NCBI GenBank assembly: GCA_041690395.1
Contig: JAWLHJ010000001.1
Location: forward strand, 544,001 to 608,000
From: Longimicrobiales bacterium
Lineage (GTDB): Bacteria; Gemmatimonadota; Gemmatimonadetes; Longimicrobiales; Gaopeijiaceae
Reading direction: 5' to 3'
DNA: 64,000 nucleotides
Part shown: one piece after another, positions 56,889 to 64,000 of the stretch
How positions within the stretch are numbered: position 1 is the first letter of the stretch
Layout of the letters: every line of letters begins with the position of its first letter
The notes under the pieces: generated by a model
Database searches by the model: none
What the model saw: the letters and a program-made list of their open reading frames with translations, nothing else
Told to the model about the DNA's origin: nothing
Program-made: the position numbers and the translations under genes

Positions 56889-57737
56889 ATGAACGACCCG
56901 GGAGGAGGCGAGAGACTCATGACGACACGATGCTCGGAAAGGCGGCACCGGCCTGCCGGTGGACCGCCGGTGCGCCACGCCGCGCTCGTCGCCCTCGCGG
57001 CGACCGCGCTCGCCTGCGGTGCCGGGCCCGTGTCGGGGCAAGACACGCAGGAGCGCGCGAACGACGGCCGCCTCGCCGGCGTGGTCATCGACGTCATCGG
57101 CGAGCGCCCGATCGAGAACGCACTCGTTGTGCTCGGCGACAACTACCGGGCGGTGCTCACCGACTCCCTCGGTCGCTTCGACCTGGGGGAGCTGACCAGC
57201 GGCGACTTCGAGCTCACCGTGCGTCGATACGGCTATCAGACGCAGGGGGTGGAAGGCTTCCTCCCGGCGGGGTCGGCGCTCGACATCGAGGTGCCGCTCC
57301 CGCCTACCGCGGTGCTGGTCGACGGCCTGAGCGTGGTGGCCGAGCGGCTCGAGACCATGGAGGAGCGACTGACGCGGCGGCGCCGGGCGACGACCTTGCC
57401 GGTCCATTCCGTGGGCCAGGAGCATCTCGTCCGTAGCTCGGCGAGGGACGTGCTGGAAATGCTCGACCGCGAGGCCACCCTCCAGATCCAGACGTGCGGG
57501 GGCCGAGCCTTCGCCGACCAGTGCGTCCGGCGCAGGGGGCGTCTGGTGGAGCCGCGCGTCTACGTCGACGAGATGCCGGTGATCGGGGGGCTGTCCCAGC
57601 TCGCCATGTACCAGCCCTACGATCTGTACCTCGTCGAGGTGTACGGTCGCGGCCTCGAGGTGCGGGCGTACACGCACCAGTTCATGGAGCGCATGGCCCG
57701 GCAGCCCATGGCCCTGATGCCGGTGAGAATCTGGTAG
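56889..57737 (+). CDS. Exported protein with carboxypeptidase-regulatory-like domain and plug-like C-terminus (start uncertain, 56889-56970)
   Basis: G.VID....PI.NA.V...TDSLGRF...VRRYGY; C-terminal PRVYVDE...VEVY. Confidence 0.72.
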   Translation: MNDPGGGERLMTTRCSERRHRPAGGPPVRHAALVALAATALACGAGPVSGQDTQERANDGRLAGVVIDVIGERPIENALVVLGDNYRAVLTDSLGRFDLGELTSGDFELTVRRYGYQTQGVEGFLPAGSALDIEVPLPPTAVLVDGLSVVAERLETMEERLTRRRRATTLPVHSVGQEHLVRSSARDVLEMLDREATLQIQTCGGRAFADQCVRRRGRLVEPRVYVDEMPVIGGLSQLAMYQPYDLYLVEVYGRGLEVRAYTHQFMERMARQPMALMPVRIW

Positions 57738-57745
57738 CTTCGCTC

Positions 57746-59059
57746 ATGACCGACACGACCGAAATCCTCAACGAAACGACGGCCGACCTGCTCGAGTCCA
57801 TGCTCGCCGGCCCCTTCAGACACCAGTTCGTGGACGAGGCGCTGGCCCGGGGCGGGATGGGCCCGGCGCTCCGGCATCTGCGCTCCGCCATGCGTGCGCA
57901 CGGCTTCCAGGCAGGGGGGCAGGGGTTCGTCCTCAAGGACGTGGTCGACCGCATGGACCGTCGAACCCGGAGCGAAGGGTTCCGCGTCCTCCACAGCTGG
58001 GACTTCAGGGAGCTCGAGTTCAGTCGGGAGAGCACCCCGGTCATCCTCCTCGACTACTTCGCCGACATCGGCATGGTCGAAGGAACGGAGCGCGAGGTGC
58101 TGGCGATCCTCCTGGACTACTACTTCTTCCACCTCCTCATCCTGTGCGCGATGCGCGCGTGGGACGCGGAGGATCCGGTCTTGTATCTGGAGCGAGTGGA
58201 CGACCTCGTCCGTCTGCTCCAGGGGCCGGAGGGAAGCGGACACCGCTTCGTCGAGCACGCCGAGACGCTGCTCGTCCTCGGTGTGTCACAGTTCCACCCG
58301 GAGGAAGCGGCCTACGACCGGCTCATCGAGAAGGTCTGGGGGCTCGACGCCCCGGATCGCCGGGCGCGGTTCGCCACGCTGGGCACGGCGGTGCTCGCCG
58401 GCCACCTCCGGTGGGGGTTCGGGGTCATGTACCGTCGCGACATCGGCCGCATGCGGGACGACAACGTGGGCGACTATCCGTGGCTCCTCACCTCGGTCCT
58501 GGAGCTCCTCCGCGCCTACGACCGCCTCGTCACGGAAGGGGCTGCCGAGCCGGATCGGCTCCCGGTGGCGGAGGCCGTCATCAACGGGCTGACCCCCGAT
58601 CCTTGGGCCTTCTTCGAGAAGGCGCCCCGGGCGCTCGCCGACTACGGGGCCCAGGTCGCCGAGTTCAGGGATCTCTTCGCGCGCCATGAGGGCGCTCTGC
58701 TGGCCGACTTCGAGCGCGTACGTCCCGACCCGGCCCGTTACTCGCCGCTCCATCTACACTTCAACTTCCCGCACAACGCCTTGGTGGCGAAGGTTCTCAT
58801 CGCGCTGCACCGCGGCTCGGAGCTGAACCTCCCCATCGACGCTCTGTGGCGTAGCCCAGACCCGGCCGACGAGGACCAGGCCCGGATGACATCGGACTTC
58901 GCGTCCACCCTGATGAACTACTCCGGCGTGAATCCCGAGGGATACGACCAGCACGGGGCCATGTTCGTCGTCCACGACCCGAAGGCCGGGCTACGCCATT
59001 ACAACATGGCGCTGTCGGTCATCCGGAAGAGTCGGCGGGCCGCGGAGAGCGCCGGGTAG
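57746..59059 (+). CDS. Hypothetical protein (437 aa, probably mostly helical)
   Basis: Long ORF with coding-like codon bias; HLRWGF..MYRRD..MRDDNVGDYPW and YSPL..HFNFPHN segments; no family recognised. Confidence 0.75.
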   Translation: MTDTTEILNETTADLLESMLAGPFRHQFVDEALARGGMGPALRHLRSAMRAHGFQAGGQGFVLKDVVDRMDRRTRSEGFRVLHSWDFRELEFSRESTPVILLDYFADIGMVEGTEREVLAILLDYYFFHLLILCAMRAWDAEDPVLYLERVDDLVRLLQGPEGSGHRFVEHAETLLVLGVSQFHPEEAAYDRLIEKVWGLDAPDRRARFATLGTAVLAGHLRWGFGVMYRRDIGRMRDDNVGDYPWLLTSVLELLRAYDRLVTEGAAEPDRLPVAEAVINGLTPDPWAFFEKAPRALADYGAQVAEFRDLFARHEGALLADFERVRPDPARYSPLHLHFNFPHNALVAKVLIALHRGSELNLPIDALWRSPDPADEDQARMTSDFASTLMNYSGVNPEGYDQHGAMFVVHDPKAGLRHYNMALSVIRKSRRAAESAG

Positions 59060-59128
59060 CGCCCCCCGCGGCTCCGGGACCTCTGGGGCTGTGCCGGCGT
59101 GGTGCGTGCCCCCGGTGGCCCGCCCGCC

Positions 59129-60004
59129 TCAGCGCTCGATCGGCGCTCTCACCAGGTTGCCCCACTCCGTCCAAGACCCGTCGTAGTTGCGCACGTTCGG
59201 GTATCCGAGCAGGTGGTGCAGCACGAACCAGGTGTGGCTCGACCGCTCCCCGATGCGGCAGTACGCGACCACGTCGCTGTCGGCCGAGAGGCCCTGCTCC
59301 TTCTCGTAGATGGCCCGGAGCTCGGAGACATCCTTGAACGTGCCGTCCTCGTTGGCCGCCCGCTTCCACGGCACGCTCGCCGCTCCCGGAATGTGTCCGC
59401 CGCGCAGTGACCCTTCCTGTGGGTAGTCGGGCATGTGCAGGAGCTCACCGCTGAATTCCTGGGGCGAGCGCACGTCGACCAGCTTGCCGCCGGCCTTCAC
59501 GTGGTCCATGACCTCGTCGCGGAACGCGCGGATTGCGGCGTCGTTCCGCTCCACCCTCGGGTAGTCGGTGGAGGGGCGCTCGGGGACGTCCGTCGTGAGC
59601 GGCCGGCCCTCGTCGATCCACTTCTTGCGCCCGCCGTCCAGCAGCCGGACGTCCGGATGGCCGAACAGCGTGAAGACCCAGAGGGCGTATGCGGCCCACC
59701 AGTTGAAGTTGTCACCGTAGAAGACGACGGTGGTGTCGCGGGAGATGCCCTTGGAGGACATGAGCTCCGCGAACTTCCCGGCGTCCAGGTAGTCACGGGT
59801 CACCGGGTCGTTGAGGTCCATGTGCCAATCGACCTTGATAGCGCCCGGGATGTGTCCCGTGTCGTAGAGGAGCACGTCCTCGTCGGACTCCACGACGACG
59901 ACGCTCGGGTCGTCGAGGTGCTCGGCGAGCCAATCGGTGGAGACGAGCTTCTCCGGGTGCGCGTACTTCTCGAATCGGGGATCTCGGTCACGGGGAGCGG
60001 ACAT
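59129..60004 (-). CDS. Tandem-domain sulfurtransferase (rhodanese; SseA/CysA-like)
   Basis: LVSTDWL, GHIPGA twice, active-site [18 protein letters not shown]. Confidence 0.93.
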   Translation of the reverse strand: MSAPRDRDPRFEKYAHPEKLVSTDWLAEHLDDPSVVVVESDEDVLLYDTGHIPGAIKVDWHMDLNDPVTRDYLDAGKFAELMSSKGISRDTTVVFYGDNFNWWAAYALWVFTLFGHPDVRLLDGGRKKWIDEGRPLTTDVPERPSTDYPRVERNDAAIRAFRDEVMDHVKAGGKLVDVRSPQEFSGELLHMPDYPQEGSLRGGHIPGAASVPWKRAANEDGTFKDVSELRAIYEKEQGLSADSDVVAYCRIGERSSHTWFVLHHLLGYPNVRNYDGSWTEWGNLVRAPIER

Positions 60005-60139
60005 GGTTCCTCCGGAATGGGCAGGTCGGGTCTGGATTACGCGATCGGGCGCCAGAGCGCCCGTCGGGTCTGCTAACCCCCTTGCCGTCCGAGGGGTTCA
60101 CGACGGAACCCGCGCCTGGCCGGGTGGTAGCTCACCACC

Positions 60140-60601
60140 ATGAGCATGCCAGCCGACCTGTCCAAGATCGTGGACCGTTTCAAGCGCGCACCGAAGGACC
60201 TGCGGGTGCAGGCGCTCCTCCAGTTCGCCAACAAGGTGCCGGAGCTCCCGCCCGAGCTCGCCGGCGACCGCTCCGCGCTCGAGCAGGTACACGAGTGCCA
60301 GACGCCGTTCTTCCTCGCCACGCGTGTCGACGACGACGGCTCCGTCCATCTCTTCTTCGACGCACCCGCCGAGAGCCCGACCGTGCGTGGCTTCGCCGGT
60401 ATCTTGCGTGAGGGCCTGGAAGGCGCCGGATGGCGTGAGGTGCTCGACGTGCCGTCCGACTTCTACGCGGAGATGGGGCTGGGTGACGTGGTATCTCCCA
60501 TGCGGCTCAGGGGTATGAGCGCCATCCTGAATCGCCTCAAGCGCCAGATCCGCGAGCAGGTGGAGGCAGACGGCGCGGCGCCCGCAGGGGCGGGAGCTTG
60601 A
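60140..60601 (+). CDS. SufE family sulfur-acceptor protein
   Basis: VHECQTP, ESPTVRGFAGIL, LG...SPMRLRG. Confidence 0.85.
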   Translation: MSMPADLSKIVDRFKRAPKDLRVQALLQFANKVPELPPELAGDRSALEQVHECQTPFFLATRVDDDGSVHLFFDAPAESPTVRGFAGILREGLEGAGWREVLDVPSDFYAEMGLGDVVSPMRLRGMSAILNRLKRQIREQVEADGAAPAGAGA

Positions 60602-60651
60602 GGGCCAAAGCAGTTACATCGGACCATCGGATTCGAAGGGGAAGGAGACGC

Positions 60652-61803
60652 ATGCCTGGATTCACTCGCTCTTCCGGACGGCTGTCCGCGGTTCTCTCGC
60701 TGGTGCTCGTCGCGTGCGGGGCGCCCGTGGCCGGCACGGGGGCCCAGACGACGGCCCCCGGCGGCCAGCGCTCCACGACCGGGACGCCCGCGGCCCAGGA
60801 GGGTCCCTACCTCTACGTCTGCGTGCAGGACGAGGCCCGCGTCGCCATCATCGACGTGGAGAGCCTCGAGGTCGTGCGCAGCGTCGATCTCACCGCTCTC
60901 GGCTTCTCCCGTACCGCGAATCCTCATCACGTGGCTGTCGAGCCCGGCGGCGAGCGCTGGTACGTGTCGCTCATCGGCGAGAACCGGGTGGCGCGCTTCG
61001 ACCGGGCCGGCGACCTGCTCGGCACGTTCGAGATGTCGACGCCCGGGATGCTCAGCTTCGATGCGGGATCCGGCGTGCTCATGGCGAGTCGCTCGATGAG
61101 CGCGGTGAACCCTCCGACCCGGGTCGGCTGGGTGGACACGCGGACCATGGAGGGAGAGGAGATCGACGTCTTCCTGCCCCGTCCGCACCCGATGGCGCTG
61201 TCCCCCGATGGGCGCTGGGCCTACACCGGGAGCCTGGGTGTCAACCAGATCGCGGCCATCGACCTCGAGACCGAAGACGTGACGCTCACCGACCTCGAGG
61301 GGCCGCCGCACGCGCTCGTCCAGTTCGACATCTCGGACGACGGACGGACCATGGTCGCCGCCACGGAGCTGTCCGGCCGACTGCTGGCCTTCGACCTGTC
61401 CGATCCGGCCCATCCACGGCAGGTCGCGTCGCTCGAGCTCGGTCCGATGGTGTTCGACCCGGTCTTCGGGCCGGGCGGTACCACCGTCTGGGTGCCGGTT
61501 AAGGGCGCCAACGAGGTTGCCATCGTCCGGACCTCCGACTGGACGGTCGAGCGTCGCCTGGCGTTCGAGAGCTTCCGCCAGCCGCATCAGGTGGTCTTCA
61601 GTGCAGACGGCACGAGGGCATTCGTGTCCAGCAACAACAAGGCCGACCACATGTCCGGGATGGCCGATCACGCCGGTCACGCCGGGATGGAGTCCGACAC
61701 CATGAACGGGAACGTCACGGTGATCGACGTGCGGAGCTACGAGGTCGCCGAGGTGATCGAGCTCGGGCGGAACGTCACGGGGATGGGGATCGCGGGCGGC
61801 TGA
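60652..61803 (+). CDS. YncE/YVTN-type beta-propeller lipoprotein
   Basis: AAGGAG RBS; lipobox LVAC; repeated PH...SPDG/SADG blades; His/Met-rich insert near the C-terminus. Confidence 0.8.
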   Translation: MPGFTRSSGRLSAVLSLVLVACGAPVAGTGAQTTAPGGQRSTTGTPAAQEGPYLYVCVQDEARVAIIDVESLEVVRSVDLTALGFSRTANPHHVAVEPGGERWYVSLIGENRVARFDRAGDLLGTFEMSTPGMLSFDAGSGVLMASRSMSAVNPPTRVGWVDTRTMEGEEIDVFLPRPHPMALSPDGRWAYTGSLGVNQIAAIDLETEDVTLTDLEGPPHALVQFDISDDGRTMVAATELSGRLLAFDLSDPAHPRQVASLELGPMVFDPVFGPGGTTVWVPVKGANEVAIVRTSDWTVERRLAFESFRQPHQVVFSADGTRAFVSSNNKADHMSGMADHAGHAGMESDTMNGNVTVIDVRSYEVAEVIELGRNVTGMGIAGG

Positions 61804-61836
61804 TTCGGCCCGCCATCCCGCCCGACGAGGGACCTG

Positions 61837-63450
61837 CTACGCGCTCGCCTTCGCCCCCCGCCGCGGCTGCACGTCGTGGAAGACCAGGTCCTTCTCCTGC
61901 TCGACCGTCCGCTTCAACGCCCACTCGGTATCGAAGAGGATGAGCGGGTTCCCGTCGGCGTCCTCGACCTCACGGCGTCCATAGAGGGACGCTACCTTCC
62001 GGATGGTCGCCTCCGGCCCGGTGACCCAGCGCGCGCAGTGGAAGGGAAGGGGCTCGAGGCGGATCTCGACGTTGTACTCGCGCTCCAGCCGGTCGATGAG
62101 CACGTCGAACTGGAGCCGTCCCACCGCGCCCACGATCGGGACAGGGCCGGTGATGGACGGGGCGAACAGGAGCAGGATCGTGCCCTCTTCGGCGAGGTGC
62201 CGGAGGCCCCGGTCGAGGTGCTTGCGTCGGAGCGCGTCTTCCATGCGCACCTGCGCGAACAGCTCCGGCGAGAAGCGCGGAACCCCGGGGTATTCGAGCC
62301 CTTCCTCGATCGCCACGGTGTCCCCGACGCGGAGGCTGCCACGGTCGTGGAGCCCGACGACGTCGCCGGCGACCGCGTCTTCACTGTGGGTCCGCTCGCG
62401 CGCCATGAACTCCTGGGGCTGCGCCAGGCGTAGCGTCTTTCCGGTACGGGCGACGATCGCCTCTTCGCCCGGCTCGAAGCGGCCAGAGCATATGCGGACG
62501 AACGCGATCCGGTCACGGTGCCGGAGGTCCATGTTCGCCTGGACCTTGAACACGAAGCCGGAGAACGGATGCGCGGCCGGGTCGATCGGTCCGTCCTGGC
62601 TCTGGCGCGCGGTCGGTGGCGGTGCGCTCGCGAGGAACCGCTCCAGGAAGACGTCCACCCCGTAGTTGGTCAGCGCGCTCCCGAAGTAGACCGGGGTCGC
62701 TTCGCCGGTGGCGACGGCGTCGAAGTCCATGGGGGCGCCGGCCACCTCGATCAGCTCGACCTCCTCACGCAGACGGGCCGCTCCATCCTCCCCGATCGCG
62801 TCGATCAGCTCCGGTCCGTCCAGGGCGACACGCCGGGCCTCGGGCCTCGACTGCCCGTGATCGTCCGTCTTCGAGTAGAGGATCACGTCGCCCTCGAGCC
62901 GGTCGTAGACGCCCACGAGCCGACCCGCCTGCCGTACCGGCCAGGTCGCGACGAAGCAGCGGATCCCCAGCTCCGCCTCGACGTCGTCGAGGAGGCCCAG
63001 CGGGTCCTCGCCGACACGGTCGCACTTGTTCACGAAGGTGAAGATCGGGAGTCGCCGCCGCTTGCAGACGCTGAACAGCTTCTCGGTCTGCGTCTCCACG
63101 CCCTTCCGGTTGTCGAGCAGCATGATCGCGCTGTCTGCCGCCGTCAGCGCGCGGTACGTGTCTTCCGAGAAGTCCTGGTGGCCCGGGGTGTCGAGCAGGT
63201 TGATGCGGAAGCCGCGGTAGTCGAAGTGGAGCACGCTCGCGGTGATCGAGATGCCGCGTTCCTGTTCCATGTCGAGCCAGTCGGAGGTCGCGTGCCTGGC
63301 CGCACGGCGACTCTTCACGGAGCCGGCCGCGTGGATGGCCCCGCCGTAGAGGAGGAGCTTCTCCGTGAGCGTCGTCTTACCCGCGTCGGGGTGGCTGATG
63401 ATCGCGAACGTGCGTCGCCGGGCGATCTCTTCGGCGAGGGATTTCGTCAT
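61837..63450 (-). CDS. prfC: Peptide chain release factor 3
   Basis: RRRTFAIISHPDAGKTTLTEKLL, ERGISI, DTPGHQDFSEDTYR, FKVQANMD.RHRDR, GAVG.LQF. Confidence 0.96.
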   Translation of the reverse strand: MTKSLAEEIARRRTFAIISHPDAGKTTLTEKLLLYGGAIHAAGSVKSRRAARHATSDWLDMEQERGISITASVLHFDYRGFRINLLDTPGHQDFSEDTYRALTAADSAIMLLDNRKGVETQTEKLFSVCKRRRLPIFTFVNKCDRVGEDPLGLLDDVEAELGIRCFVATWPVRQAGRLVGVYDRLEGDVILYSKTDDHGQSRPEARRVALDGPELIDAIGEDGAARLREEVELIEVAGAPMDFDAVATGEATPVYFGSALTNYGVDVFLERFLASAPPPTARQSQDGPIDPAAHPFSGFVFKVQANMDLRHRDRIAFVRICSGRFEPGEEAIVARTGKTLRLAQPQEFMARERTHSEDAVAGDVVGLHDRGSLRVGDTVAIEEGLEYPGVPRFSPELFAQVRMEDALRRKHLDRGLRHLAEEGTILLLFAPSITGPVPIVGAVGRLQFDVLIDRLEREYNVEIRLEPLPFHCARWVTGPEATIRKVASLYGRREVEDADGNPLILFDTEWALKRTVEQEKDLVFHDVQPRRGAKASA

Positions 63451-63555
63451 GAAAGCGTGTATGCAAAGGGGCCGATCTGAACATCCCGGCCTCTCCGGGG
63501 TCGTACCAGGCCTGAGATCATGAAGGTAGCATTCAAGCGATAAGACAGGAGACCC

Positions 63556-63990
63556 ATGCTCATGTCCGAGGCCAAGCAAGGCGACACCGTGCACGTTCAC
63601 TACACCGGCCGCCTCGCGGACGGTACCACGTTCGACTCCTCCAAGGACCGCGATCCGCTCGAGCTCACGCTCGGCCAGGGCGCGGTGATTCCCGGCTTCG
63701 AGAAGGCGATCGAGGGGATGACCGTCGGTGACCAGAAGACCGCGAAGATCCCGGTGGACGAAGCGTACGGGCCGCGCCGTGACGAGCTGGTCATGGACGT
63801 GCCGCGCACCCAGCTGCCCGACGGCATGGATCCGAAGCCCGGTGAGCAGCTGCGCATGCAGACGCCCGACGGTCAGGCCGTTCCGGTGGTCGTGGCCGAC
63901 ACGAGCGACGAGGCGGTGAAGATCGACGCCAACCATCCGTTGGCGGGGAAGGATCTGACCTTCGACCTCCTCCTGGTCAAGATCGCTTGA
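63556..63990 (+). CDS. FKBP-type peptidyl-prolyl isomerase (SlyD/FkpB-like, no His-rich tail)
   Basis: GDTV.VHYTGRL.DGT.FDSS, IPGFE, EAYG, DANHPLAGKDLTF. Start 63556 or 63562. Confidence 0.93.
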   Translation: MLMSEAKQGDTVHVHYTGRLADGTTFDSSKDRDPLELTLGQGAVIPGFEKAIEGMTVGDQKTAKIPVDEAYGPRRDELVMDVPRTQLPDGMDPKPGEQLRMQTPDGQAVPVVVADTSDEAVKIDANHPLAGKDLTFDLLLVKIA

Positions 63991-64000
63991 CCGGATGAGA

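Noticed and set aside
1..64000. CRISPR arrays, tRNA/rRNA genes, prophage, integrase or transposase genes
   Set aside because: No regularly spaced repeats, cloverleaf/rRNA signatures or mobility genes were recognised, and composition looks uniform by eye.

Overview
A 64-kb, GC-rich (roughly 70% by eye) bacterial chromosomal segment. Gene repertoire and style suggest Gemmatimonadota (inference): TonB-dependent receptor, many lipoproteins, choice-of-anchor B protein, carboxypeptidase-regulatory-domain protein and a TIGR02999-type ECF sigma factor. It carries about 50 protein genes, mostly metabolic or housekeeping: a TPP-dependent E1 alpha subunit (truncated by the window edge), bcp, ctaA, an acyl-CoA dehydrogenase, sucA, pgeF, a P-type ATPase, a YhaO/YhaN-type nuclease/ATPase pair, the large NAD-glutamate dehydrogenase, a four-gene minor-pilin cluster, speA, a sulfurtransferase/SufE pair, prfC and an FKBP. 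I saw no rRNA, tRNA, CRISPR array, transposase or integrase. The most interesting signals are regulatory or recoding elements that the ORF track does not show. (1) An apparently complete ribosome-mediated transcription attenuator with a Met/Cys-rich leader peptide (MMCRCC) precedes an ATP-grasp ligase and an LLM flavin monooxygenase. (2) An OsmC-family gene is split by an in-frame TGA at the catalytic Cys position and has a SECIS-like hairpin, making it a probable selenoprotein. (3) A His/Cys-containing upstream ORF ending in RAPP precedes a metal-type TonB-dependent receptor. (4) An unassigned ~110-nt structured small RNA candidate. (5) Tandem hairpins in the sucA leader. (6) A 165-bp CTAG-bounded palindromic MITE-like element. 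Start codons were chosen by eye, and family assignments come from recognised motifs, not database searches.
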